Source of the DNA: Octopus vulgaris
Lineage: Eukaryota
Reading direction: 5' to 3'
Assembly: GCA_951406725.2 (NCBI GenBank)
Contig: OX597829.1
Span: forward strand, 14,880,001 to 14,944,000
DNA length: 64,000 nt
Positions 15,506 through 29,000 of the stretch are shown in pieces. Below the pieces are notes generated by a model. That model searched no databases and was not told the origin of the DNA. It worked only from the letters and a program-made list of their open reading frames with translations. The translations under genes and the position numbers were made by a program. Numbering within the stretch: the stretch's first letter is position 1; each line of letters opens with the position of its first letter.

Positions 15506-15592
15506 AGGCTACATATGTTTCATAGCTAGCAGAACCTCTGAAGTAGTAAGTTATCCAAACGACGGGTAGGACGCAAGCTACTCTTCAGGCTA
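15506..15592 (-). ncRNA. Hammerhead motif with long stem II, partly decayed
   Basis: agc-CTGAAGA-gtagcttgc...gctagctat-GAAA-catatg-TA-gcct; an inverted partial copy lies at about 15722-15805. Confidence 0.55.
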
Positions 15593-15942
15593 AGGATACC
15601 GTTGGAGATACGATCGAGTCCCCAACAATTTATTATGGGGTATTTTTTACGACAATATAAATTACACGTAATCAAGATATTCTATACCAGAAGATTAACT
15701 TGCGATCTACTCCTCGTTTAAATAATTGCTACTTCTGAGGACCCGCCAACTATGAAACATATGTAGCCTGGATTTTAACTACTCTACTCTATAATTTCTG
15801 GACACACACGCACGCACACACACACACGCACACACACACATACACGCACACACACACACATCCATACATGTATGTATAACAAATCTAGTATGTTGTCTAA
15901 TTTTCCTTTTTATCCTATATTCATCTAATGGTACTCACTCGC

Positions 15943-16170
15943 GGCGAGCTGGCAGAATCGTTAGCACGCCAGGCAAAATGCGTAGCCGTATTTCGGCTGC
16001 CGTTACGTTCTGAGTTCAAATTCCACCGAGGTCGACTTTGCCTTTCATCCTTTCGAGGTCGATTAAATAAGTACCAGTTACGCACTGGGGTCGATATAAT
16101 CGACTTAATCCCTTTCTCTGTCCTTGTTTTTCCTCTTTGTGTTTAGCCCCTTGTGGGTAGTAAAGAAATA
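15943..16170 (+). mobile_element. SINE family A, with TSD
   Basis: Same sequence as the 8566 copy; TSD ggtactcactcgc at 15930-15942 and 16171-16183. Confidence 0.9.
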
Positions 16171-16200
16171 GGTACTCACTCGCTCAAGAGAGAAATTTAA

Positions 16201-16932
16201 GGCATAGCTACAGAAATATTACCTCGCACTCTTTATTTCTTGGTAACTTTCTGAAAAGAGAATATTTCAAATAAGATTCTCCGAAAATACGATTCAGATG
16301 CTTTTAGATTATAACAATATCGGAAATTAATGGGAAAAGATAAATGTGAGTGTGGTAGAAATTTCACGCCTCTCGACTTTGTTTTCTCATACATTTTGAT
16401 GATTTAATTAAAGTTATGATACATAGAAGAAATTACATTTGGAGCCCACGTGATCACAGCTCTTAAAGTATACTGAAAACGTCCACGTACACGTTAGACT
16501 ACTTTTAAGTTTGCATCTGTGATGAAGTCTACGATACAAATAATGAAAGAAATATGAACTCAATAATTATTGCCAGCATTGTACTCACCATTTCTATAAA
16601 GATTTCTATCAAAGAATTTTCAATAAACGATGGAATAGTGCTCATAAATCATGAAAACACATGAGGAAACAAAGTCGAGAGGTGTGAAATATTCAGCATC
16701 CCAACTTTTTCAAGATATACATATATGATGAGAATCAATGTATTTGTAGAAAATTTCAGTTAAAATGGAACAATTTTTCAGAAAGTTATGTCGACACAGA
16801 TTTGGAGTGATAACACTGCTGTAGTTATTCCGATGCATAAAAAAGACGCTAAAAATATAGTTTCGCAAGTTGGGATAACCAAGACTCAGTGAATGGAAAA
16901 TAGTTTTAAAATGACGAACTTTAAGAATTGCC
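16201..16932. mobile_element. Candidate non-autonomous DNA transposon (TTAA-flanked, Kolobok-like)
   Basis: ttaa|GGCA...TGCC|ttaa ends and an internal imperfect inverted repeat (about 16337-16406 vs 16645-16710). Confidence 0.45.
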
Positions 16933-17291
16933 TTAAGAAAGAAAAAGGAAAACTTGATCAACTTGAATTGATAATAATATTGTAGACATTGTAAATTTTA
17001 ATAATTGCTTTTCATAATAAAATTAATTAATAAGCAGTATTATAGTATAGTATAGACAGCAAGATCCATACATTCTCATCACCTACATTGATATATTGCA
17101 TATTTTTGTCATGAAATAAAATTAGACAGTAGCTGTGTGGTAAGTAGCTTGCTTACCAACCACATTGTTCTGGGTTCAGTCCCACTACGTGGTACCTTAG
17201 GCGAGTGTCTTCTACTATAGCCTCGGGCCCACAAAACCGCTAAGTTACGGGGACGTAAACACGCCACCATCAGTTGTCATTGTAGCAAAAG

Positions 17292-17329
17292 CTGTGACTC
17301 GGAGTTTCACGTTCCCGTTCGTCGGACAG
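17292..17329 (-). ncRNA. Minimal hammerhead motif, U4C variant
   Basis: ctgt-CCGACGA-acg ggaa cgt-GAAA-ctc c gag-TC-acag. Confidence 0.7.
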
Positions 17330-17537
17330 ACGAACGGGAACGTGAAACTCCGAGTAACAGTTTTTGCTACATTTCTGTTGCTTTTAAATAAAGTATATAT
17401 ATATAATTTTTGGTGTTAACATGGTCCGATTTGAATCTTTTCTTCTGCTAAATGAAGAGCAAGCGTTCTTCTATAATACTCTCAATTTTGGTCAACTTGT
17501 GCCACAGGGTTTCACAGGAGATAGTGTTAGCCTTCAA

Positions 17538-17880
17538 CTAACACTATCTCCTGTGAAACCCTGTGGCACAAGTTGACCAAAATTGAGAGTATTATAGAAG
17601 AACGCTTGCTCTTCATTTAGCAGAAGAAAAGATTCAAATCGGACCATGTTAACACCAAAAATTAATTACATCAAATAGGTGCTTTTTTTTCTATGAAAAT
17701 CCCTACTTTTTACGATTTTTTGACTGCTGTGTCGCCATTTTTCGGTGTATTTCAACCAGAAAATTGTTCACTTGAAGAGAATAACAAGCTACATAATGCA
17801 AAATCTTTACGTTTCAAAAATTCCAATTCTAAAGGGTTGAAAAGAAAACAAACCCGAGAAACGCTGGGCTATACTGCTAG
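17538..17880 (+). mobile_element. Non-autonomous Helitron-like 3' portion
   Basis: Ends cccgagaaacgctggg (degenerate hairpin) plus ctatactgCTAG|t, the canonical Helitron 3' arrangement. Confidence 0.55.
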
Positions 17881-17884
17881 TATA

Positions 17885-17947
<63 letters not shown>

Positions 17948-18290
17948 TCGGGATTAAATGAAAAAGAAGTCAAGAAAGGGAAAATATGACATACCTATAT
18001 ATATATATATATATATATAGCGAGGAGTTGAGGTTAAAAGCGATAATGGTGTCATTGAAACCCAAAGGTGTCAGGTAATGCTGAATAAGTGCTATAGACA
18101 GACCATAGTTACGTTGCAGATTTGGTAATTTTGCGCATAAGGGGTTCAACGTTAGTTCTATGTTACCGAGTGTATATAAGAATTTTTGCGTAATGAGATA
18201 AAAAAAAACCAAGGCTGTATAGATATTAGAATATCTACAGAGCCTAGGTTTTGTTTTATTTCATTACGCAAAAAATTCTTATATATATAT

Positions 18291-18396
<106 letters not shown>

Positions 18397-20341
18397 TGTT
18401 CGGCATAAGCTACGATATAATAATTATCAGGCTTCAAAATATATATACTGGGATGTATTTCTTCGACTAAAGCGGTGTCCCAGCATGACCGATAACTGAC
18501 GAAAAGATGGTGACTTTCTATGATATTTAGTATAGTGTTTGTTTATTTACACACGGTTCTTGGAATTATATATATATATATATGTAATTCCAAGAACCGT
18601 GTAGTAAATAAACAAACGAACATATACTAAATACGTAGGGGACAAAAAACACAGAAAGTCACCATCTTTTCGTCAGTTATCGGTCATGCTGGGGCACCAC
18701 TTTAGTCGAAGAAATACATCCCAGTATATATATTTTGAAGCCTGATAATTATTATATCGTAGCTTATGCCGAACAGTAAAATTGTGGGAGGGAGAAAAAC
18801 CAAAACCAATTTTCAAGTGGTAGGGGGAACACAAACAGAAGCACACACACACCCGTTTCCAATAGTCTTCTTTCTGTTTTTTTTACAAGTCTCTGGTCGG
18901 CCTGGAGCTCTAGTAGAAGACTCATGCATAACATGCATAAGTTTTCCAGCAGTGGGGGTGAACCCCGAACCACGTAGCTGCGAAGCAAGTTTTTTTTACC
19001 ACAGCCATAAACAAAACTAACAAAAATTAACCTAAGTATCTCCCCTACCACGCTGCTTCTTCTGATCACCACTCTTAGTTTGATTGATCACCAGATTGCA
19101 TTGATCTGTTGGATTATTTCGTGCAAAGATAATTGGTTTAACCCGATTTTTAAACAGTGAAGTTTGTCATTTTAAATGAAATGAAGCATTTTATGAAAGA
19201 AAAAATATTAACTATAAAAACTAACACAATATACTAATAAAAATAAAATATATAACAAATAGAAACAAAAAATTGAAAAATAAGTGTAAAAATTAACCTA
19301 AGAGTAAAACTATAACGTTGAAAAACATAAGAATAAAGAGCTGGAAATGAATGTAACAAATATATATATATAAATAAAAGAATTCAGCGTTTAAATCCAA
19401 AATTAAAAGGAAAGAATAAAAATGGAAAAAAATATAAATGGTTCTGTGGTTGAGAAGTTTATTTCTCAACCATGGCGTCCGATCCTATGAGTACCAGACT
19501 TAAAATTTAAGTGTTGGTGCCGATTCTTTTATCTAAAGCGCTGTCAAGTGGTGCCCCAGCATGGCTGAAATCTGATGACAGAAACAAGTAAATGCTATTC
19601 GGTATTAAGGATCAGCAAATTGGCAGCTTTAGAATTGTTAATGTATTGGGATGTCATGTGGGAAGGGTAGCTGGTGATGGTTCAAATTTTACTCGGCGCT
19701 CATGCGACTGCGGCCATGCTAGTGTACCGGAAGAGTTATAACTGAACAAATTTCTCCCACTACTTTCCTCTCTAATGCTTACATATATATATATATAAAT
19801 TTTTGGCGTAATGAGATAAAAAAACCAAGGCTGTGTAGACATTAGAACATTTATAGATAGATCTTACAGCTGTTTCCAGGATATTTATTAATTATATCCC
19901 TTCATTGGAGGTTAAGTAATAGTTAATTTAGATAGGATACTGAAAAGAGAATGAAGTGGAGGAAAGAAAATAGATGTTAGATATGTAAGGATATTGAATT
20001 TGCAGATCCATTTTTTAGGCAGAATGGTATATATGTAAGATTCCAGTACCTTGTGAGTAAAATCAAGCAGAGTTTAAAATGGGTAATTCTAAGTATATAT
20101 ATATATATATAATAGAAATATTAAAATTACTAAGTCTCTCTAAAGGAGATTACGGCAGCGTTACTGGATATTAATAGTTATCGCCAAACTAATATGGCAG
20201 TCTTATAAATATAAGACTAAATCTGTCGCTGATTAGCTCCAAGAGGCCATCGCTTCTAGCTAGCTATGTGACACACGAACCTGCGTCCATTACAACCTTC
20301 GAACAGGGGAGGCCAACCGCTTCACCTTGCTGGTCAGACAT

Positions 20342-20382
20342 CTGCAGACATGGTTCAGGGTTGTTGCCCTTTATCAATGCAG
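20342..20382 (-). ncRNA. Minimal hammerhead motif, U3:A8 variant
   Basis: ctgca-TTGATAA-aggg caacaa ccct-GAAC-catg-TC-tgcag. The inverted copy at 20668-20703 (+) has GAAA-cata-TC, so the consensus of the two copies is complete. Confidence 0.7.
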
Positions 20383-21329
20383 CGTAGTCAGACCCAGCAG
20401 GTGTCGCTACCGACCGTCTGTTCGAAGATTTTATTTACCTAGTATAAGTGAACTACATCCACTTGTTTTCAATAATAGAAATATTATAATTACTAAGTCT
20501 CTCTAAAGGAGATTACGGCAGCGTTACTGGATATTAATAGTTATCGCCAAACTAATATGGCAGTCCATAAATATAAGACTAAAGCTGTCGCTGATTAGCC
20601 CCAAGAGGCCATCGCCTCTAGCTAGTTATATGACACACGAACCTGCGTCCATTACAACCTTCGAACATTGATAAAGGGCAACAACCCTGAAACATATCTG
20701 CAGATGTCTGACCAGCAAGGTGAAGCGGCTGACCTCCCCTGTTCGAAGGTTGTAATGGACGCAGGTTCGTGTGTCATATAGCTAGCTAGAGGCGATGGCC
20801 TCTGGGAGCTAATCAGCGACAGTTTTAGTCTTATATTTATGGACTGCCATATTAGTTTGGCGATAACTATTAATATATATATATATATTCACGATGGGGT
20901 GCTGAAATCTTCCTGGCTTTAAGGATATCGCGAGAGACCTGGTTCGAAGCGCAAGTTTTCGAGTTCTTTTACAGGGCTTACTAAAAAATGAAGGATTGCT
21001 GCAATAAGTGCGTGAATCTGAGAGGCGAATGTGTTGAATAAAATCATAGTTAACTGATCTTTCTGTATTTTCTATTACCCAACGCCAAGAATTTTTCAGC
21101 ACCCTTTCGTGCAGTAGTACAGCTCTGATCACGAATAAATCGTGCTTTATTTTCTCTTTCTCATATTCATTTAATATAGTAGTATCTCGGTTTACGACCA
21201 CTTCTAATCACAAATTATCACCTATATAGCTAGAAATAAGAATCAACGCCCTTAGAACTGTAAGGAAGCCCATTTTAATTTACTGACAGAGGAGATAACC
21301 GCCCCGCAATCGAAGGTAGAATCACTGAG

Positions 21330-21369
21330 CTTGACTAGTTTCGTCTGTAAATTGCAGACTCGTCAGTAG
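21330..21369 (-). ncRNA. Minimal type I hammerhead motif, canonical core
   Basis: cta-CTGACGA-gtctg caattta cagac-GAAA-ctag-TC-aag; one mismatch in stem I. Confidence 0.72.
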
Positions 21370-21600
21370 TAACTACTCCATCGCCGAATGACTAAGCTAA
21401 ATTCGGACTGTCAATATGTATATTTACCATATAGATTTATGGCTGAGTTAGCGAAAATTAGAATATAACGTAGGTAGCTATACGCAATCTAAAACTAACG
21501 ATAACTGACCATACCCGCATGACTTTTCGAGTTTTTTCGAAAGATTGTTTCACTTCTGGCCTTCACTCATACACATTTATTTTCAGAAATATGAAATACC

Positions 21601-21932
21601 TATTTCTTTACTACCCACAAGGGGCTAAACACAGAGGGGACAAACAAGGACAGACAAACGGACTAAGTCGATTATATCGACCCCAGTGCATAAATAGTAC
21701 TTAGTTTATCAACTCCGAAAGGATGAAAGACAAAGTCGACCTCAGGCGGAATTTGAACTCAGAACGTAATGGCAAATGAAATACCTATTTCTTTACTACC
21801 CACAAGGGGCTAAACACAGAAGGGACAAACAAGGACAGACAAAGGTATTAAGTCGATTATATCAACCCCAGTGCGTAACTGGTACTTAATTTATCAACTC
21901 CGAAAGGATGAAAGTCGACCTAGGCGGAATTT
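21601..21932 (-). mobile_element. SINE family A, tandem/nested dimer, with TSD
   Basis: Two truncated units head to tail; gaaatatgaaatacc is duplicated at 21586-21600 and 21933-21947. Confidence 0.88.
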
Positions 21933-22400
21933 GAAATATGAAATACCATGTGCGCACGAACACATCACTCCAGATATATTAAGAGAGAGAGAGAGAGAGA
22001 AGGGGGGGAGAAGTAGATAGGTAGATAGATATGTATGTGTATACAGCCATGCGTGAATATTTGCGTTTGTCCCAGTGCTGGATTATTTTCGTCCCAGTAA
22101 CTTATTCCTAAATAAGAGAAAGATAGGCTTTAAAAAATTAGTAATGGGATCGAGTTGTCCGACTAAAATCCTTCTAAACGAAGGTGCAGCGTGACCGTAG
22201 TCCAATGGCCGTAACACATAAAGGTTAAGTATAAAACAAATACATATACCACCAGCCCGACAACTTACCATAAACAAATTTATAATAACCCCCAGCTAAA
22301 ATTTTTGGAATTCAAACAGCACGCCACAGATACAGCTAACAAAATAATAATCAAAGAACAAGCCCAAGGATAAAACAACCTAAATACATCAACACTCTCC

Positions 22401-22458
<58 letters not shown>

Positions 22459-22546
22459 GAAGAGTTTACGAAAAAACAAAAGACGAAGACAGGTGGTGTA
22501 CAAAACAAACAGATGTATTAGTATAACGCTCAGGAATAGAACAAGT

Positions 22547-22582
22547 CTTTTACGTTTCGAGCCTACGCTCTTCTACAGAAAG
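22547..22582 (-). ncRNA. Minimal hammerhead-like motif, A6U variant, in a repeat of about 160 bp
   Basis: cttt-CTGTAGA-a-gagc gtag gctc-GAAA-cg-TA-aaag; near-identical copy at 51302-51335. Confidence 0.6.
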
Positions 22583-23100
22583 GGACACAGAAAAAACAAG
22601 GAGAGAAGAAAATGTGTATGTATGTATATACATGTATATACATACATATATAAATACATACATACATATGTGTGTGTATATGTATATGTTTATCTAAAAT
22701 ACCATTTCGATTCGCTCCTTGTATTAAAGGAATGTTTCTATACGTCTAAATAAGTGTGGCTCTCCTGCCCCGGTGGCTGCATAGACGGTCGCTAGTTTGA
22801 AAGTACAATAACAGAGATAAAAATGATTTCAAATTTTGGCACAAGGCCAGCAACTCCAGGAAATGGTAAGTCGATGACATCAATTCCAGTACTCGACTGG
22901 CATTTATCTTATCGACCCCTAAAGGATTTAAGGCAACGTCGGCCTAGGTGAAATTTGAACTCGGCCGCAAAGCATTTTCCCCCAGCGTGATAACAATTCA
23001 GTCAACTCGCCGCCTTAATTATAATAATAATAATAATAATGATAACAACAACAACAACACCAACAACAACAACAGCATCAACAACAACAATAATAGTAAC

Positions 23101-23162
<62 letters not shown>

Positions 23163-24051
23163 TAATAATGATAATAATAATAATATTTTTAAATAATTTA
23201 ATTATTTTTTGTTTTAAACTAAAAGCCTCAGTTCATGAGCATTAATTTATTGATCCGCTTCGATGACTATAGCATATAGCTTTGAAGTAATTGATTTGTA
23301 CATCACTAAATCAGACATAGTAAACCACTGTAGTTTGAATTTATTAAACTGTACAACCAATGAGTCTCTGATTTCGTCTAGATATTTCAAGAGGTGAAGA
23401 GAATATAGAGTACAGAGGTTTGCAATTAAGTTTTCAAGGTGATTATTAAACCTGCAAATTACTTTTCCTGTCCACAAGAACGTGATGCGTGTCAGTAAAG
23501 CCATAAATCGGTATTGAAGATCTTGCAATAAATTTGGTTACATCTTCAACCGTTGAAATCTGATACTAAAATGAGCAGAACAATAGTAAATTTAATTACC
23601 GCAAAGGAAATCCGCGGAGATATAAAATTACGGTAAAAAATACGTTGAAGTGAAAGACTCATGTATCTGAGTGTCTGAACGTATATATACGATTTCTTAA
23701 GTCTATTTCACCTTCTTGTCACAAGGCGGGCGATAGAGGTAGATAAATGGGAAGCCACGCTTTTAGTAAACCTTTCACGAACAAATGCACGCGGGTGATC
23801 CTGTGGCCCATTTTTCGTTCTGCTAGCACGTTCACAGATGTTGTAACACTTGACCTGCCTGTCTCCTGGGCATCACTGGCTGAGTTGTGACTTCATGCAT
23901 TTTACAATAAATGTTTGGATCACCATCTAATTTGCAAGCTAAAGCCAGAGTTATTACAAATGTTTCGCAGGGTTTACGTTACTGACTAATCCAGCCCTTG
24001 AAAGAAGAAGTCGTGAACAAGCCAACATAAGTGGCTTGCCAACACGAACCC

Positions 24052-25270
24052 TAGCACACACCACACCAACAATATCATACACCACACCAACTCTACCATA
24101 CACCAAACCAACACTATCATACACCACACCAACACTACCATACACCACACCAACACTACCATACACCACACCAACACTACTATACAACACACCAACACTG
24201 CCATACACCACACCAACTCTACCATACACCACACCAACACTACCATACACCACACCTACACTACCATACACCACACCAACACTACCATACACCACACCAA
24301 CTCTACCATACACCACACCAACACTACCATACACCACACCTACACTACCATGCACCATACCAACACTAACATACACCACACCAACACTACCATACACCAC
24401 ACCGACACTAACATACACCACACTAACACTACCATACACCACACCAACACTACCATACACCACACCAACACTACCATACACCAACCCAACACTACCATAC
24501 ACCACACCAACTCTACCATACACCACACCAACACTACCATACACCACACCTACACTACCATACACCAAACCAACCATACACCACACCTACACTACCATAC
24601 ACCACACCAACACTACCATACACCACACCAACACTACCATACACCACACCAACAATACCATACACCACACCAACACTACCATACACCACACCAACACTAC
24701 CATACACCACACCAACACTACCATACACCACACCAACACTACCATACACCACACCAACACTACCATACACCACACCAACACTACCATACACCACACCAAC
24801 ACTACCATACACCACACCAACACTACCATACACCACAACAACACTAACATACACCACACCAACACTAACATACACCACGCCTACACTACGATACACCACG
24901 CCAACACTACCATACACCACAACAACACTAACATACACCACACCAACACTACCATACACTACGCCTACACTATGATACACCACACCAACACTACCATACA
25001 CCACGCCAACACTACCATACACCACACCAACACTACCATACACCACACCAATACAACCATACACCACGCCAACACTACCTTACACCACACCAACACTACC
25101 ATACACAACACCAACCCTACCATACACCACACCTACACTACCATACACCACACCAACACTACCATACACCACACCTACTCTACCATACACCAGACCAACA
25201 TTACCATACACTACACCAATACAACCATGCTCCACACCAACACTACCGTGTGCTACAGCAACAATACCAT
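24052..25270 (-). repeat. 21-bp minisatellite, C/A-rich orientation (acaccacaccaacactaccat)n
   Basis: About 1.2 kb tandem array; reverse complement of the 26-31.6 kb array. Confidence 0.97.
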
Positions 25271-25280
25271 TCGAATATAA

Positions 25281-25600
25281 GAGTCTGTCCAGGTCCAATC
25301 GTTATTTCTCCAATTAGAGAGGTCTCAACTTCGGTGCCACGGACATGTGATAAGAATGTCGGAGGAAATAATTGCGACGCAAATGTTTTAAGCCGAGCCA
25401 ACAAGCAAGGAATCTAGGGATTGACCGAGAACAAGGGAAATGGTAAATATCTAAGGGTTTAGGTAATCACTCTTGGATTTCAGGCGGAAAGTCCAAAGAC
25501 AGTTGCTTCGGACAGAACCCCATAAAGCAGATACCTAAGAACTCTGTCACATGAGCCTCCCAGGAACAGTGGTCGGTTAAGATGGATAGATTGATGGATG
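25281..25600 (+). mobile_element. RTE LINE 3' fragment
   Basis: LQLERSQLRCHGHVIRMSEEIIATQMF*AEPT; degenerate (GATG)n tail. Same family as the 45100 and 57360 copies. Confidence 0.75.
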
Positions 25601-25652
25601 TTCGTGACATTCGAAAATAACCTTATCATATCTTCTCTTTTTATATTCATAG

Positions 25653-25795
25653 GTGTAAAAGGCCTTATTATGGATGAAAGCGGGAACCCAGTTTTCAGAG
25701 CTAAACTTAGTATTGACGACAGATATATAACTTTTCGGTCCTCAAAATTTGGAGAATATTGGCGGTTATTACTACCCGGTAACTATATATTAAAG
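25653..25795 (+). CDS. CPM: Carboxypeptidase exon, first half of the transthyretin-like (CarboxypepD_reg) domain
   Basis: Pyrimidine tract plus AG (25651-52) and GTAAG donor (25796). Translates (G)VKGLIMDESGNPVFRAKLSIDDRYITFRSSKFGEYWRLLLPGNYILK; GVKG...GEYWRLLLPGxY is the conserved motif. Phase 1 in (matches previous exon), phase 0 out. Confidence 0.95.
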
Positions 25796-26009
25796 GTAAG
25801 AGATATATTTGAATTCACCTATTCATATATTAACACCAATTTTCAGTGAATAGTTGAATTATAATTTAAAATATCAAGAAAAAAGATGTATTAAAAGATA
25901 TGAAGGTAAGTACTTCCAGTGAGGAAAATATCTGGTCTTCAGAGTGATAATGGTAATAATGTTGCACAGGTTGAGTGGTTTCGTACGTCGCAATGTTCAG
26001 GTGGGGCAT

Positions 26010-29000
26010 ACCGGTTTTGGTGTGGTATATAGAAACGTTGTTGTTGCGTATGAAAGTTTTAGTATGGGTGTATGGGATTATTATGTAGTGTTGGTGTTGG
26101 TGTGCTGCAATGTAATGTAAAGTAAGGTATTGGAAAATTCTTAGTTTTGTGGTGTGCGGTAGTTTTGGTGTGGTTTGTGTGGTGTATGGTTATGTTGGTG
26201 TGAAGTATGGTAGTATGGTATATGTTAGTATTGTTGTTGTGTGTGGTAGTGTTGATGAGGTGTATGTTAGTGTGGGTGTTGTGTATGGTAGGGTTGGTGC
26301 GGCTTATGGTTGTTAGTGTGATGAATGGTGGGGTTGGAATTGTATGTGGTTGTGTTGTGTATGGTAGTGTTGGTGTGGTGTATGGTATTTTTGGTGTAGT
26401 GTATGGTAGTGTTGTTATTGTATGGTAGTATCGGTGTGACGTATGATAGTGTTGATGTTGTATATGGCTGTATTGGTGTGATATATGGTAGTGTTAGTGT
26501 AGTGTATGGTAGTGTTGGTGTGGTGAAAGGTTGTGTTGGTTTGGTGTATGGTAGTGCTGATGCGTTGTATGGTATGGTTGATGTAGTGTACGATTGTGTT
26601 GGCGTTGTGTATGGCAGTGTTGATGCGGTGTATTAACGTCAGTGTTGTTAGTGTGTATGGTAGTGTTCTTGTGGTATTTGACATCGTTGGATTGGTGCAG
26701 GACAGTGTTAGAGTTGTGTATGGTAGTGTTGGTGTGGTGTATGGTAGTGTTGGTGTTGTTGGTGTGGTGTATGGTAGTGTTGATGTTGTGTATGGTAGTG
26801 TTGGTGTAGTGTATAGTAGTGTTGATGTGGTGTATGGTAGTGTTGGTATGGTGTATAGTAGTGTTGGCGTGGTGTGTGGTAGTGTTGGTGTGGTGTATGG
26901 TAGTGTTGTTGTGGTGTATGGTAGTGTTGGTGTTGTGTATGGTAGTGTTTGTGTAGTGTATGGTAGTGTTGGTGTAGTGCATGGTAGTGTTGGTGTGGTG
27001 TATGTTAGTGTTGTTGTGGTGTATAGTAGTGTTGATTTGGTGTATAGTAGTGTTGGCGTGGTGTATAGTAGTGTTGGCGTGGTGCATGTTAGTGTTGGTG
27101 TGGTGTGTGTTAGTGTTGGTGTGGTGTATGGTAGCGTTGCTGTAGTGTATGGGAGTGTTGTTGTGGTGTATGGTAGTGTTGATGTGGTGTATGTTAGTGT
27201 TGTTGTTGTGTATGGTAGTGTTGGTGTGGTGTATGGTAGTGTTGGTGTGGTGTATGGTAGTGTTGTTGTGGTGTAGGGTAGTGTTGATATGGTGTATGGT
27301 AGTGTTGTTGTGGTGTATGTTAGTGTTGATGTGGTGTATGGTAGTGTTGGTGTGGTGTATGTTAGTGTTGGTGTGGTCTATGGTAGTGTTGGTGTGGTGT
27401 ATGTTAGTGTTGCTGTGGTGTATGGTAGTGTTGTTGTGGTGTATGGTAGTGTTGATGTGCTGTATGGTAGTGTTGGTGTGGTGCATGTTAGTGTTGTTGT
27501 GGTGTATGGTAGTGTTGGAGTGATGTATGGTAGTGTTGGTGTGGTGTATGTTAGTGTTGTTGTAGTGTAAGGTAGAGTTGGTGTGGTGTATGTTAGTGTT
27601 GGTGTGGTGTATGGTAGTGTTGGTGTGGTGTATGTTAGTGTTGATGTGGTGTAAGGTAGTGTTGGTGTGGTGTATGTTAGTGTTGGTGAGGTGTATGGAA
27701 GTGTTGATGTGGTGTATGGTAGTGTTGTTGAGGTGTATAGTAGTGTTGGCGTGGTGTATGGAAGTGTTGGTGTGGTGTATGTTAGTGTTGGTGTGGTGTA
27801 TGGTAGTGTTGGTGTGGTGTATGGTAGTGTTGGTGTGGTGTATGTTAGTGTTGTTGTGGTGTATGGTAGTGTTGATTTGGTGTATGGTAGTGTTGGCGTG
27901 GTGTATAGTAGTCTTGGGGTAGTGTATGGTAGTGTTGGTGTAGTGTATGGTAGTGTTATTGTGGTGTATGGTAGTGTTGATGTGGTGTATAGTAGTGTTG
28001 GCGTGGTGTATGGTAGTGTTTATGTGGTGTATGTTAGTGTTGCTGTGGTGTAAGGTAGTGTTGGTGTGGTGTATGGTAGTGTTGGTGCAGTGTATGGTAG
28101 TGTTGGTGTGGTGTATGGTAGTGTTGGTGTGGTGTATGGTAGTGTTGGTGTGGTGTATGGTAGTGTTGGTGTGGTGTATGGTAGTGTTGGTGTGGTGTAT
28201 GTTAGTGTTGGTGTGGTGTATGGTAGTGTTGGTGTTGTGTATGGTAGTGTTGGTTTAGTGTATGGTAGTGTTGGTGTAGTGTATGTTAGTGTTGGTGTGG
28301 TGTATGGTAGTGTTGATGTGGTGTATGGTAGTGTTGGTGTGGTGTATGGTAGTGTTGGTGTGGTGTATGGTAGTGTTGGTTGTGGTGTATGGTAGTGTTG
28401 GTGTGGTGTATGGTAGTGTTGGTGTGGTGTATGGTAGTGTTGGTGTGGTGTATGGTAGTGTTGGTGTGGTGTATGGTAGTGTTGGTGTGGTGTATGGTAG
28501 TGTTGTTGTGGTGTATGGTAGTGTTGGTGTGGTGTATAGTAGTGTTGGTGTGGTGTATGGTAGTGTTGGTGTGGTGTATGGTAGTGTTGGTGTGGTGTAT
28601 GGTAGTGTTGGTGTGGTGTATGTTAGTGTTGGTGTGGTGTATGGTAGTGTTGGTGTGGTGTATGGTAGTGTTGGTGTGGTGTATGGTAGTGTTGGTGTGG
28701 TGTATGGTAGTGTTGGTGTGGTGTATGGTAGTGTTGGTGTGGTGTATGGTAGTGTTGGTGTGGTGTATGGTAGTGTTGGTGTGGTGTATGGTAGTGTTGG
28801 TGTGGTGTATGGTAGTGTTGGTGTGGTGTATGGTAGTGTTGATGTGGTGTATGGTAGTGTTGGTGTGGTGTATGGTAGTGTTGATGTGGTGTATGGTAGT
28901 GTTGGTGTGGTGTATGGTAGTGTTGGTGTGGTGTATGGTAGTGTTGTTGTGGTGTATGGTAGTGTTGGTGTGGTGTATGGTAGTGTTGGTGTGGTGTATG

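Noticed and set aside
23230-24040. Possible transposase remnant
   Set aside because: No recognisable motif in any frame; the same applies to 31660-32400 and 56800-57330.
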